Both the position numbers and the translations under genes were made by a program. A stretch of DNA of 64,000 bases from Giardia intestinalis (taxonomy: Eukaryota): assembly GCA_000002435.2 (NCBI GenBank), contig CM018792.1; one strand, given 5' to 3'. Shown here piece by piece: positions 1 through 15,000 of this stretch (position 1 is its first letter; each line of letters begins with the position of its first letter). Under the pieces are notes generated by a model, which saw nothing but the letters and a program-made list of their open reading frames with translations, was not told where the DNA came from and did no database searches.

Positions 1-3000
1 TTGTGGGCCAGAGTAACCTTGTCTTGCAGTTCGTGACATAATGAGAAAATACAATGCTTCAGAAAGCGAGAGTGCAGCAGCGAGCCCGGAGATGTGTATA
101 TTTTCTCATAGACAGACACGTGGTCTAGCTTGTGGAACACACGTGCATATGATACTAGCAACTGGTTGTAGAGCTCTGTCAGACGGCGATTTAGTGGGTG
201 ATATGATGCCCTCTCGGGGTCGTATCGACGAATCGCGGAGATGGTAGCCCAGATAGCCGCGTATAGATTCTGGATTTTCTCTATAATCGCAGGGTGAACG
301 CGAAGACGAGTCCGGAGTGTATTTACCAAAGCCTGCATGTGCTCTGACTCTATCACTGCCTGAAACAAGAGGGCTGCTGCTGAGTCTAAAGTTGTATACG
401 TGTCAGATATGCGAATGTGAGGGCAATCTGGAGGGGGGCTCTGCGTGACAAAGAAGATGAGCAAACCTAGAAGAGTGCGGCTAGAAATTATCGGCAGCTT
501 GAGCGTACCTGCCTCTAAAGCCAAGGCCTTATCAGTGGAGTGTCTAGTGGCAAAGTGTATCTGCTGTATGCGAAACAGGGTGAAATAATGATGAATCTTT
601 TCGATTTTACCTATTGGAGCGTTAAAGACAACCAGCTCCGGCGCAAATGCAGCACAAAGATGGCCAATAAGCACTCTGGAAAGCGCTGGAGCAGAATAAG
701 AAGTTGGAATTAAGATTATCAACCCATGCTTAGGCCTTACCGGCTTGCTAATGAACAATTGGACCAACCATTCTACGCTCTTGTTCCCATCAGATAGAAC
801 TACAACAAGGTAGGAGAGCAAGTCGGCGTGAGTGGGCTTTGTTTTATAAACGACAGGAGCAGTCAGCAGAAGCTGATCAACTAGATATTCGAACGCAAAA
901 GAGATGAGTGTAAGAATGTCCAACGTGGAATCGAAGAAGATGGCGACTGTTTTGGATGCACACATAGGACACATCTCTTCTAACAAAGACTGCTTGGATG
1001 CATGAGAAAGTGGTTGCCCATTATCGCTGAAAAACATTCCATAGGATAACTTTTCAGATGGAGGAAAATCCTGTGACCAAAGCTGGCTGCGATAAAAAGC
1101 AGCAATGAATTTGCTGATGGATCCAGTGAGAGACTTTAAAGGACACTGCAAGAACTTAGAGAGGAGCTCGTCATCTCGGTCAGAGCTGAATACGTCAACT
1201 AGACTGAAGCTAGCGGAGTTCGTTAGCTTGCTTACCTTCATAAGAAGGTTGAGGTCCTCCTGCAAATGAGTTGGATTGAGACATATGCTTAAAAGAAAAG
1301 CTATCCACACGCCATTTGCTGAAGGTGACTGAATTGAAATAGGAAAATTACCCAGGGTCATATCATCTTTCAGTTCCATAATCAGCTCATCGGGGATTAA
1401 TCGCTCATAGACTGAGTCAGTATTGTTATGTAGCTGCATGGAATTTTCAAAATTAGCCGACTTTCCCTTATCTTGGTGCGTGGTTTTTACAGAGAAACCG
1501 GCGGTCTCTGCCCTCTTTAGCATGGCTGTCATAGATCTCCTTGACATGCTTATGTGCTTTCTTGCCTTAGTTGCTGTTTTGGCTTGTAAGCTTGGGTGCA
1601 TATTCTCACTGTCTGCATAATCATAATCAAACATAGCATCATAATCCTCGTCAGTGAGCGAAGCCACCGAACCTTCTGAACTAGTGTCATCATCTGAATT
1701 GATAGTCTTCTTATCCGTGACTTTGTATGAGTTATAGTCCCCTGGGTGCGTGTTGGCGATTGGCTCTTTTACAGGCACTGTTCCAGACCCATATACAGCT
1801 TTGTTAGAAGTACTGCTCCAAGCAGGAACGATCCCTGTCTCTGATGTGAAGCCTCCAAAGAGCTCAACGATGTTGTATTCATGCACGGCTGACTTAAGAA
1901 GTGCATGCGGCGCCAGGAAAGTTTCTGCAGAAAGCCTATTAGAGTGCTTGGAAGATCTCTCTACGTAGGCGTAGTGACCAAGCACCTTCCGGAAGAAACT
2001 CGAGCCCCGAACATATGTCAAATACTGCGTTTTCTGGGTAGAAAAGAAGGCCACCCACTCCTTCGCAAGATCTGGGGCAATGAAGACCAAGCTGCAGAGC
2101 TTGTTCCACCTTTCTATTGCAAGGCTATCTGCGGTGTTTGGCAAGAATGAGTCCATGGCCCGTCCGTTGTCTAGAAAGCCTACTGGCTTAGAAAGTGACT
2201 GATCGGTAACAATAGATGAGAAGAGCAGCATATGCTTCTGTACATTGCACTGTCCTGAAATAGATTCCAAGCATGAGATCATTCCCAGAAGCGACTTCAT
2301 ATATGCCTGCGGAACAATAGCGGATATCTTTGATAAGAGATGATGCACAATCGTGGGGAGCAACTCAGTCATGCGTCGTTCAGAGGTGTGCTTCGGAAGC
2401 AAGCGGCGATGGTGTAAGGCGGAGTGGTCCACTCCTTGTAGGTCTACGATCACGGACGTTACTAAAGAGAAGAAAAATGTATCTGTAAAGGCCACTGAAA
2501 GCGCCTCAAATCTCTCGGACAATTTCCAAAGAAGCTCGTAGACTGAGAGCAGGGTCCTGGCACGTGTTCTTATTCCTTGCTTGATAGATAGCGGTATAAT
2601 AGTAAAGTCAGTAAGCTTCTGAAGTTCTGCGTGTATGTGCTTGATGTATGCTAAGAACAGCTCGACATCAGTTAGTGTTACAGGATTCTGAGGTGCAGAG
2701 AGACCTTCGAGGTACCTATTGAACTCACTTAGGACGCCAACGATTTTATTTTTTCTCAGCAAGAATTGACTTATGCGAATGATTGGAAGATTCAAATGGA
2801 TTGCCTCATACGTAAAAATAATAGTAAGCTCTTCGATAATATAGTCATAAAGGACCGTTTGCCTGTGCCTTTGGAGCTTTTCAATTGCAGATAAGCCTAT
2901 TGCAGGAAAATTGGACTGCGGGGTCCCTTCAGAAGTTGACGTTTCCGATCCAACGTAGTACTGTAAGGTGGCTACGGGACTATGAAGTATATGGAGTCTG

Positions 3001-6000
3001 TGATTAAACTCCAAGAGATACAGCGATTCATAAGGATCTGCAAGAGATAGGTACATCCGGCGCATTCTGGGGTGGTATGCAAGGGTCGCCTGCACTGCGT
3101 CGTCGATGCTTAGCGACGCGTGAAATGGCTTGGTATCCCCAAATTCATCCGGCTGTGGCAGCGGAGAATTTACCAACGTAAGTAACGAGCGCAACAATCG
3201 TGCTAGGCTACGGTTATTATCTGTGCACGACGGGGCGAACATGTTATATAAGCATAACGGATGGTCTGCGGCGCCGGAGCAGGAGAGTGCCAGACGCAGT
3301 CGAGAGATAAACTCATCATGTTGCATACTACAATCTATGAACTCAAAGCTATATGCTCTCTTGATCTGGTCAGCAGACGCTGGGTGCTGCAAGTTCTTGG
3401 TCTCTTCAATGTGGCGGAGCGTCTCAGCCATGTACAGAACAGGAAGAAAGAGAGAACACGGGAGAACAGGTATCTTCTCCTGTCCCCTGCTGAAGAGCGT
3501 GTGACATAGAAAGCTGTGCACAGTGCTTTTACGAAACAGAAGGTAACGGGAGTACTCAATGGAAATCCTACCATTTAAAAGGTCTTGCGACATGCCAAAC
3601 CGCATCTCTAGAGCGAGGTCTGCGTACCGGAGAAGGAGTGGAAGGTTTATCTGAAACGTGTCTAAGGCCAACATTAACGAGCGCTCAATGCCAGCGGAGT
3701 CCATCTCAGTAACAAAGTGATTCATGAAGGATCTATTGCTCACTTCAGCAGGCTTTTGGCCCTTGTTTTGGAAGCCTTTATACTCCACAGCTCCTCCTTC
3801 GATATGAGCCAAATAACGATTCGCTTGGGTGCTGTACTCACTGGTAGTGATAGACTTGACAAGGTCTGCGTCTATAGCAGCATTCATAATAAGGACCTCA
3901 AGAGCGTTACTGTGTTGAAGGGTGGGAAGAAGCTGATGCTTAAATACAAGGCTACTGACCGCTATTACCGAATCAACAATAACCCTACGAACAATTGCCG
4001 CAAAGTCATCCATAATTTCGTTGATAATAGTCAAAATATCTTCGCTCTGTGTGGCTAGTACAATGTCGTTGAACTTGGTTGAGCTTCGACTCCTGTGAGA
4101 AATGCTTGTCAATTTAGATGAGAATCTTCCTAGGATACCCCGAGGTGTGATGGAATCATCTGCAGCTTCGGGAGAAATTAATGGTGCCTTGGCGTGCTGT
4201 TTAGACTCAAGCATAAGGGGGAGTAAGGAATTAGTATTACACGTACCTTCTGGTACTGCTGCAAGAATATTAGTCTTGCTTGGTCCTTGCATGCCAGGCC
4301 TGGATTGCATGTGCGCTTCGTCTGTAGCAGTAGCGCCCAGACACACCCTTTGAAATTTGCTCTTGAGTGCCTCTGAGCGAAGATTATTGGCCAGAGTATA
4401 TAGTGTTATTGCAAACCCACTATACATCCCCATGCGCAAATAACAAAAACGCCAAACATGCTCTGTGTATGCGCTAAACGTCAAGGTATAATTCAGAGTG
4501 CTGGTCTGGAGGTATTGGAGGCAGATTGCATAGCCTATCGTGCATGCAAGAATAAGCGTTCCTCTAAACTCGCCGAAAATGTCGGGTGGCAGCACAGAGT
4601 TTGATTCAGGTAGATAAAGAGTTTTCTTGCTTGTTACTGAAAAACACCTCAAAAGAGGCTCTGCAACAGAAGAGAACATGATGTTGAGGGACTTCTCCAG
4701 GTTATGGAAGTAGTTGGTCGTGAAGGAGACACTGGTAAAGCTGTCTGTTCCGCTCAAGCACGTTCCGTTCACGACATACTTTTGTATAGCCTGGTCACCA
4801 ATTGACGGGAGAATAGTAAGGCATTTCAAAATATCTAGGGAAATGGATACGGTGTCATTAAGGACCAAAATGCTGAAGTTTCTAGAGAGAAGCCACATTA
4901 GCTCCTGATCGCAGAGTAAGAAATCAAGCTCATAATAGCAGCTCACAAGTAGGCTGATGAACCGGAGCTCTTCCTCCAGAAAAACCGCAGTAAGTGTATG
5001 AGGAAGAGAAGCAATAGAACTAAGGATATCCAGCTTCCCAACGAGGAGATTACTATGCAGAACCAATAATATATCAACAGGCTCTGGAAGAAAGAAGTCT
5101 CGGATGGATGCTCTTCCTAGGTGCTTCTTCACAAGCGAAGAATCAATAGAATTCCACACACCCATGCCTGAGGATGTCTCTGTGTTGTAAAACTCATTTA
5201 TCCTCAGAAGAGAAAGATCCTTGAGCCCCAGAGATGGACTAAATCCCAAGGCCATCAGCAGGTAGGCTCTAACGATGTAGTATGTAAGCACAGAAACATC
5301 CTTAGACGTTTTATAGACACCAACGAGGTCTACGAGAAAATCCAATCTCAGCCCGGTTAGTGGAAGGGAAAACCCGTTAACCGGTTCTCGCTCGACACAG
5401 TATTTATTGACCTCCCTGAAAATGTAATAGTACGGGTCGCTTTTCGAAAGCTTGCCAGAGTAGGTCATGACTGGCTTTTCGGCCCTAAGGAATGGGCGAG
5501 AATCTGGAGTGAAGACGGACTTCTTTTTGAGAGTTCGTAGGATGCGCGGATTGGTCTGCGCAATAAAGTCGTCTTCATCAGACGAGTCTGAATAGTAAGA
5601 GCTCTTTATTGGCTTCAGAGATTTGCGTATAGACAACTCCACGTCTCCTATCTCTGCCTCAATTGCAAGGATCCCAACCAGGGTAATCAGCTGGTAGGAA
5701 TTGATGAGATATCGGTGGTATCTGGTAAAGAGAAGATGAATTGCGAAGTTCGTATACATTCCTTGATGAATGTTGAGCAAGGAGACACTGCAATCCTTGG
5801 GTTGCTTAGGCTTAGATTTAGTTGAGGTCGGAGCCATCGATCCTCGCTGCCCATCTTTTGGTATTCGCACAGTACCGTCGTGTGGAGAATAGTATAAGCC
5901 GGTGATGAAGCCCATGAAGTCCAGGGAATTGACAAGCTTGAAATTGCCCAGAAGGGCAATAAACTGGAGCATATGATGTGTGTCCTCTACATAATTGTGC

Positions 6001-9000
6001 AGATTGCTTAGCTGAAGGTAGGAGATAAGAATCTTAGGAGGATTATAGACTCGACTGAACTGATTAAATTGGGTCATGCCATTGGCTGGACCAAATCTGA
6101 GCGTAGATAGATACTCATATATTTTGATGCAGTTTCGATGCCACATTATCTCTGTGATGAGGTATGCACGGATAAGTATTATAGCTACATGGCTTGAAAG
6201 ATGTGTAACCTCACGGATATCTCTGTACTTGACCAGTAGGCGAACAATGGTGGTACTGGGGCGTTTATCTTCGAAGTCCTGGACTAGTTGATGTTGAGTG
6301 AGGTCCAAGTCATGACTCTGCTCTTGCTCCTGCTCTGATCGGTCTCTAGCTGTGCTAACGTTGTCATTCCTCAAAAAGCCTTGGGCATAGTCAGAATATG
6401 TGGCCCGAATAGCAGTATTAGCAGCTGAGGTAAGCTCGCCACGCCTTTCGAGAAGATCGGGTCTATGCTCAGATCTGTCGGTGCTTTCGAGTGTCATACT
6501 AGATGAGTCATCAGAGCTGGAATCGGAGTCGAAGAAGTCTAGCCCAGCCCTGGTGAGCATAGATGTAAGGTGGATGTCTTGGAACTTGGACATCTTGCTT
6601 AGCATGGTAAGTGCAGCGTTCTTCTTAGATTCAGCCCTCTCTCTTGGTTTCTCAGCAGCGCTGACAGCAGTAGGCAGCAGTGGCTCATGCTTCGGGCCGT
6701 CATCCACAGATAGCTCGTCAATCAGATCGCCGGTGAACTTCAGCACGTCAACGGAGTACGCCTTGTCTATGTTAAGAATCTTGTTGTATCGAAAGTCTTT
6801 TCGTGCACTTACTGGGATCCTTCGTTGTAGCTCAAATCTGTGACGAGTGAAGTAGTCTCCATTAAAGATCAAAACAGGGGCATGCCTTGAGTTAGGCGTT
6901 GAAACCTTAGAATCTCTGCTAGATACAGGCATGGAGAGGGCGCTATGGGATGGCCCATCCGGATCGATGACCGTTTTGAGACAAGTCTCCCACGAAAAGT
7001 GTAGCATTATACTTATGGTATCTGCTCTACCATTGTCGGAGTAACTGAAAGGGATAAGAAAGGGATACATGCGCTTAAATGCTTCTGCATACTCCGGAGT
7101 AAGGACGCTAAAAACAGATGTCGAAGAGAGAGTGCCAACGGAGAATGCAGACACTAACTCGGAATAGACCCGTGTAGACACGGATATAGGGACAGAACCA
7201 TGTCGAAGAAGCGCCGAGAAAAGACTATTTGCAGAGGGAACTAGCATATGTAGATTCTCTAGAAAACTGGATGGAGGATAGCCGAAAACGTTTCTTACGT
7301 CGGTATCATCAAAGTACACATTCTGCTTCATGCTGCACAAGAGCTCGAGAAGAGATATAGGGAGGAGAGGCCTTATTAGTAGTAACCCTTCGGCAAAGGA
7401 CTTGACGAGGGTACGTATTACGATAGACATGGGCGCATACTTAGTCAACTGGGGTCTGTGGTCGCTCTGAAGGGCATCTATGTTTCCTGCTATGGACTCG
7501 GCAGATAGCTTTGGAAAGCGCTTGATGCCTCTGGCTGCAAACACTCTTGCTGTTATGGGCTGGAAGACCTTCGGATAATGAAAGCGGGGGGAGACTGGCA
7601 AGAGTGCAGTAAGGGGGTCGTCTACATCATAGTGGATCGCATGGTAGTTGGCGACGCTCTTTTCCATCGAGCAGTAGGCATCTTGTATTAGGTGGTCGTA
7701 CACAAAGTTGCGATAGACCAGGCTGTGGAAGAATGTGGGCTTACTAGTCGCAGAGAACGTTGACACATATACAGACATGTCCATCAAGCGTCTTGCCGTC
7801 CTTTCTGTGCATGAGCTAGATACTTCATAGATCACCACAGAATCACGGAGGAATATGCGGCCGCAAAAGCCCCCAATGGCCTTTGAAACATCACGCTGTG
7901 AAATATCGACGTAAATGACATGCTCGAGGAGCGGAAGGCTTAGGAACTCCAATAGATTTGCGTGAGTAAGGCCTGAGATATGTAAGATATTAAATTTGCC
8001 ATTAACAGATTGTGCTGTGTATAGATTTCCTGCTCGAGAAATTTCTGGTCGAAGGAGATAGCTTTTTCTGAGTATTTGTACTTGCAAATCAGCAATGGTC
8101 TTGATAGTACTATTGCCCACGTAGAACGTTTGGAGGGACACCCTGTCGGAGCCTATCAGCGAAGCGGCAATCTGCAAAATAGTGGTTTTTCCGCTAAAGG
8201 AGTCCCCCAGAATAACAAAGGACTCTCCAGATAACATACATCCTGCGTAATAGACTGCGTACGCAGACATGTCATTGGTGATCACTAGCTGGAGAGAGTT
8301 CGACGTATCTGCGTAGCTATTCTGCATAGTTAGGAGGCTGGTGCTAACAAAGATCTCTTCCCCTACTCTATAGGGAACTTCTAATATAGGCATGTACCTT
8401 CTAATGAATGAAACCACGTACTTATCATCTTGTGAGCCAGTTTTTTCGGGCACTGAGTCTAACTGAAGATGCTTCAGCCTTCCCAAGCGCGCCCGTGATG
8501 TCGTCTTTGGCGTCCCAGCAGAAGCAAGGTTATCCCCTTCTAGTTGGTGAGGAGCAGATGAAATACGAGAACCTTTGGTAGGTAAACTTTGACACTCTAA
8601 AGATGTAAGAACCCTTGTTGAAACACGCTGAAGAGATTGCCCCGTGGATGTAGACGAAGCAACCTTCCGAAGCACTGCAGAAAAGTCAGTGCAGTCTGCG
8701 TTCAGTTCTGCTTTTTCTGGCAACAAAGAAGTGTTGTTAACAGGCCGAGAGATGTCTAGGCGTTGTGCTTGAGAATTGTTCTTGATCTTGTTGACTGATG
8801 ACGCTGACATTCCCGTGGGAATTGTCGATTGTGTTTCTTTCAATCTGCTGATTCTTAATTGGTCGGCTCTTTTGCTCAAACTTTCCATGCACTTCTTTCT
8901 ATATTGTGGCAGAGACACTTGCTCCAATTCATAGATAATCTCGGCTGTGAGCCCGAGCTTCTTTGCAATCGTCAACAAAAGCCTGTCCGACAAGTATGAC

Positions 9001-12000
9001 GTAATCGCTATAAAGCTATATGTACTGCCACCCCACATCGACTTGAAATTAGAATCAGATACTGTTTTTTCTGGCTTAGCAGCAAACTGGTCATCTGGAA
9101 CGGAAAAGGCCTCAACAGAAGCCTCTCCACGTGCCGCAGCCCCCATGTCTGACACATTAGCGTATGTCTCACAATAGTTTGGTCCTCTACTGAGAGTTGA
9201 CGAACCAGTGGAGGACCCAGTGGAATGTGCTACCTTAGGGTTCAACGATTCAGCATGCCTCTTCGCAAACAGTGCTGAGAAGGTAGGATAGGTTTCAGCA
9301 TTCGTAAAGAAATATGTTTGGCTCACATAAAGGTCCTGGAGGGACATGATTGCATTGTCGCAGAACAAATGCATCCACTTGCTCAAGCGAAAACCGTCCT
9401 TTCTATAAAAAACATGCTGCTCGAAAAATTCGGACTCCAAAGTTAGAGAAAATGTAGGTATATAGCTCAGAAGAGACGCGTATAGTCGGTAGTAGGACAA
9501 GCTATTGAAGAGCAGCCCTCCGTTGATGTATTCCATGCGGTATAATAACATAAATGCACTAAAAACAGTGCTAATAACACTATAGTGCAGGATGTCTGCA
9601 ATATGGCGGCTGTTTGATGTCAGGAGCAGGCGTGAAATGAACGACTGTGTGAATTGGGCCGATGTTTGGTTTAGCATTGTGCTGTATGCAGTTTCAAATG
9701 ACACCGATCTGTGGTTTAGATTGTGGGCACCGGGGTTGGACTGCAAGGATTCACCGCGGAGGTCTGCGAAAGAATGGGCAAGAGAAATGGGTTCGCTGAA
9801 GTAAGAAAAGTGGGACCCTAAGGCATCGTTAATGTTGAACTCTAAGGGCTTGGTAGAAGCTTCTCTCAAATCCTTCTGTTGCTTGAAGCTTATTGGGTTC
9901 TTTGCGTCGGTGTAAGATCGAATAGATAGCTCATGATACAGATTCATGGTGTCTGTAGAAAGCTCCTCCTCAGTTGACAGGGTAGGGCGATGAGAGTCAT
10001 TCCCAGTCTGCACGTCTAGAATGCCATAGTACCGGAAGAAAAGGTGTATTAGCGCCTTGATAATGCGCCAGTGGCGTAGCGTAAGAGTAAGATGTGCACC
10101 AATCTCAGTGGAGATGAACATAACAAAGTTGAACACGAGGAAATTGAAGTAGCTTATGTAGAGGCCGAGCTTCGTCCGTGTCAAGAAAGAGCTGGTGTAG
10201 ATGTGATAATCAGCGTCAAAATTGGCGTAGATATACTGCATTAGTTTATCATACGATGAGATGCTTGCCAGGGTAGGTGCTTGGATTGAAATCAAGTGAC
10301 TTATATTCAATTGTGAAAGATTGCCAAAACTCATAAAATAAAAGCCTATGTCGGAGAGGTGCAAGTTTCTGCTAAGCGAAAACTTTCTGATGCTAAGCTG
10401 GAGGATTCTTGCATCACGAGCTCGAGCTACAATGATAACATGAACGGGAGCCTTGAATGTATAAGTTTTGTTATTCTCGGAGTAAATGGTCTGCCTTGCA
10501 GCCAACATGCCAAGAATGTTTTGGTAAAGTAGGAGATCAGAGTGCTGATCCAAGACAATAGCCAGTGCATAGCGATTTGGAAAGGCAGATAATAGGTCAG
10601 CATAGAAGTGTATATCTGCAGATGAATAGGCAAGCAGAAATGTCAACGCCGAGGCCCTGGAGAGGATTGCATGGACATACTCAAAGAATTGCTGTGCCAT
10701 GCTCGTGGTTAGAATAGCAAACGGTTCCTTGGCTGCCAAAAGGTCCATCATCACTGTAGCCATATACGCCCCAAACTCAGAGAGGATGCCTGCTGATCGC
10801 TGAAGGCCGTGTAGAGACTCTAGGTACTTGGGGGAAGAAGAACGCCTTATCATATAAGCCATGGAATCCGATGTGACACGAGAGCCCGAATGTTCAAACG
10901 TGGTTGCATTAGCTGGTGACAGGCCAAACACAGAAATAAGGCACGAGATGAGTATGCTGAGTTTGTGTTGCAGATTAATAGCTGCATGCGGAGCCTCTGA
11001 TTTGACTTCTTCATGAGTTGCGCCATCACTCTGGAGGAGATCTGAGTTTATGTCATCGACTAAGCAAAACGACTCCTCGGTGGCTAAGTACATGCATGAG
11101 ACCAGGTACACAAACGTTTGGGTGCACGCTGCAGTCCTGTTTGCATCCGGTGCCAGTCTATGCTGAATAAGCATAAAATCGAGCCCCAATAGCTTTGGAA
11201 AATCGTTAGACAAGTTGCTAAGAAACACATGAAGATGATAAAACGAGTCCTGATAGAGTCCTGGCAGCGATCTGAAGAGTCGTTGAAATGGAGAAATTGT
11301 GCAGCAACTATCTCCCAAGTTTTTGTCGGCTCTAACGACTATTTGGTGCTTTAGCGACTCTACGTGTTCCATGTATACTTCTAAAACAATACTCTTGTAG
11401 GCAGAAAAGTTCTTGGTGAAGGTTGTTTGATCAACAAGAGATGCCGATGCACAGACTAACTGAGTTGTTCTGAATTCATGTGTAGATTGCAAGGTAGAAA
11501 TATAAGGAATAAAGGGAAGATACATCATGTATGCCTTTCGAAACTTTTGAGTTACTCGCTCTGCATGGGGATGTACTTGATAGATATAGTGCTCATCAAC
11601 GATATGTGGGCCTGAAGACGATCTCTGGCTGTGAGAACTAGGGCTGGATGTCATAGTCGTGGTCACGCTGCACTCCTGGGGCATTGCCCCAGCTAGCCAA
11701 ATAATCAGTCTGCAAAACGAATGGTCTATGTCACTATCGATGGGAATCCAGCCCTGAGACGAATATGATCTACTGCTGCGGCTGTAGGGATTAAATTCCA
11801 GCCTTGTTTCGGAAGAGATCGAATAACTAGAAAAATCCTCAAACCCGTACGATAGAGTTGTTGTTGCAAATGTGGTTGAGAGCATTTCCAGATGCTCCTT
11901 TGTCAAGGTATCAACTCCGTACAAAATCACTAGGTATCTCGAGATGAGTAGCTCGCGAAGACGGTTATACTGTGGTAAAAAGCTAGCATCTGTTATTGGA

Positions 12001-15000
12001 ATAAAAAGAACGTGAGAAGATAGATATCTAGCTACTAGATGCGCTAAGTAATAAACCTCTAGGGCAAAGTATCCCCTAGCCCAGTCGGTGAGAAGAAGTG
12101 CGACAGATTTGCTACGCAGAGCAGATATTAATCGTGCTGCTTTCAGCCTCATGGTGTGCGATATGTACATGGAGTCGTATTCATTGGCAGGATTAAAGTA
12201 TGACGAAGATATACTAATAAGCTGCCCCGACAACACAATGTTAACTAAGGTCTCGCTGAGTGGCGCTGTCGGCATTCTGAAGTCGGTTATGTTTGTGTCG
12301 CAATTCAAAGCTATGGAGGAGACGGGTGTAGCGTATGCCATTTTATCATCTAAATTTGCAGTGGAAACGGTGGCTTGATTGAGTTTAGACAAGGACTCAG
12401 GGGTCCTAAAAAGCTCCATAGTAAGTGCAGCGAAGTCATCGAAAGCCACATTATCATTCCCCTTTGTGTCTCGAGGCTCCGTTCCCTCAGGTGCATCGCT
12501 GTTGGATGTTAGCAGGCTGACGGACTCAGTGCGTGCTTGTAGCCGCGCCTTTGCGTTTTTGATCAGGGTCTTCTCCTCTGCTGTGTATGTGAGATCCAGC
12601 ATAGGTAAATCTACGCGGCGATTAGCTCCATTTCCAAGCAAGGTATCGGAAGCAAGGCTATAGACTAGAGCAGATGTTTGCCGATTGGTTGCAATGGAAA
12701 GACTGACTCCATGTTCCAAACCACTGAGCACAAGGCCGCGATTCCGCCCATAAAGCAAAAGGATATCCCAACAGAGTCGAGCATCGAATTGATCTGTTAG
12801 GGATGGAATCCTTTCTGGTGGCAAGATATTGCGCGCAATGACGTGCTGGACAACAGTAAGGGCCATGATATCCAGTGTTTCTTTGTGCTCGAGAAGCCGT
12901 GCATAGAGAGCCTTCAGCATAAGAATCCTGGAGCTTGTTGCCGAAAACGTAGACCCCACCTGAAACGACCCCTGTGCCCTCAACTTCCCTGTGCCCCTAA
13001 TTAAGTCATATGTCTCTTCCTCAAGAATCCGTATCATTGAGCATATTACATTCTCGTAGCAATAGATGAACGATTCGGAGCGGCCATCACAATATAAGTA
13101 GACGATACAGGAGAGCGCATAGACAATGGCTTGATATGTGCAAAACAGAAGAGCCTCGCGGTAGCGCTCGTTGAGGAAAAGTAGTGCTGCCTTGCGATAG
13201 TTATGAACTATATGCTGAGAGTGAAGGGAGCCCTCTGTGAAGAGGTAGCAATCCTTGACGCGTGCATTCGCCTTGATAATTGTTTGGTAAAAGATGTTTT
13301 CATGGCCCTTGAATATACCGAAGAAGTTACCAGTGGAATCTATGAGATTAGAGAGAAGACTATATGACAGCTGTGGGCCGTGTTTTACGTCAGTCATGTC
13401 GCGAGGAGGCTCGTCTTCAAAGCCATCTTCCACGCTGGATTCGTCCGTGTCCACAATCAATGGAGAAAAAACAGAGTTGAATAAGGCATCAGTCAGGACG
13501 CCAGTGAGTGGAACTGTAGTTAGTTGAGAATAGAGGACCGCAAACGAAAGCGGAAGACGTGCGTAGGGTGCACAGATTCTGTACTGCTGATTGGCATAAA
13601 TAGTTGTCACCACTGGATGTGAAGAGAGGTTGCGTCTGCAGCGTGAGAGTAGTTCCTCTGCGGCCAGCACATTTGTCATAAATGACTGGACCTTTGCAAG
13701 AATATCGCGAGCAAAAAGATTCATAAATTGGAAACAGTTTGGATTGGGACTCTCATCTGTATAGAATTTCGGAACAGAAAGCCGAGTCCCGCAGCGTCTT
13801 CTGTCCAGAAGATTAAGGTTGTCCAGAAATGAGATGAACGGAAGGGTGTAAACAGATTCGTGTTCATGAACGTTTTGCTGTCCCATACTATTGAGCTTCC
13901 ACACAACTTCATGCTTTGATTTTGCAAAAATACAGATATGCTTCAAACAGCTTAATATCTCAATCGTCACTTTCTTAACATCATTTGGAGAAAGCTTGAG
14001 TAGCGTGAGGTCGGCTATCCCATCATAGATTGCGTTTGTCAGGGCAATAAGCTCTGGGAGAAGCTTTCTAACATTGCCAATAGCTATGACGAAATTTCTG
14101 CAGAAGATCAGTTTGTCCTCTATTATGCGAGCCATCTTTGCAACCTTAGGTATAACTCCTTTGTCAGCCAAAATAGCTGTCACAATGAAGATACCTTCTC
14201 GCAGAGCCTTCAATAGATAGGGGTGTGTGTTAAAGAATGGTAGTGTAATGCGTGCGGGTCCATCATAGCTACGCCTCTTCCTGATAAGGGGTGCCCTGGT
14301 TCGTTGGTTGCCCAGCAAGACCTTGGATTGGACGTGCCTTTGATCCCTGGAGATTAATATTGATTTAGCGCGTGCCTGCTTAGTAGTATCGTTCGTTTCC
14401 TTAATGGGAGTTTGTGAGCTAAGTGTTGAGTTGCCCGGTTGATGCGACAATGAAGCATCATCATCTCTGGATGCAATCGATGGTTGAGGTGCAATAATGG
14501 TGAGAGCCTTGATGCGAGGTTTTAGCAACGGAAGCGTTGTCTTTCTGTTGGTGCACCCAGCTATCCTTCCGAACGGTGTCTCAAACAGATCAAAGGCGTC
14601 CTCATCTGAAGAATCGGTGCAATGCCGGTGCTGGTCTTTGAATGCCTCCGCCAAATCGCTCTTGGTCTCACTTCCTGGTGCAGTGGCGTCTTCAATCACT
14701 TCTGTGACACCAACAGTCCTTCTAGGTAAAAGAATGCCACTTTTCTGAACTACGGGGACAAGAGAATTAGAGTCAGAGATTTCTGTTTTAATAGCCTCTG
14801 CTGCATCGGCATTGTGCTCACCAAAAGTGAAGTCAAGATCTCCAAGCACACGTGCAATCTCGTCATTTAGATGCAGATTGATCGTGTAATATGTTATAAA
14901 AATATCTATATTATGCAGCCAGTAGTATATTTCTAGCAATCTATTTTCTGCAGAATAATTTAGGAGATATTGCTTATTAATCTGGCTTGCCAGCTGATGA

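Noticed and set aside
8160-8200. Identifying the giant protein as a dynein heavy chain or midasin from its P-loop
   Set aside because: The motif sits ~4,600 aa from the N-terminus and the ORF exceeds 7,300 aa in the window alone. That does not match the domain spacing of dynein, midasin or RNF213, and a single GxxxxGKT can occur by chance in a protein this size.
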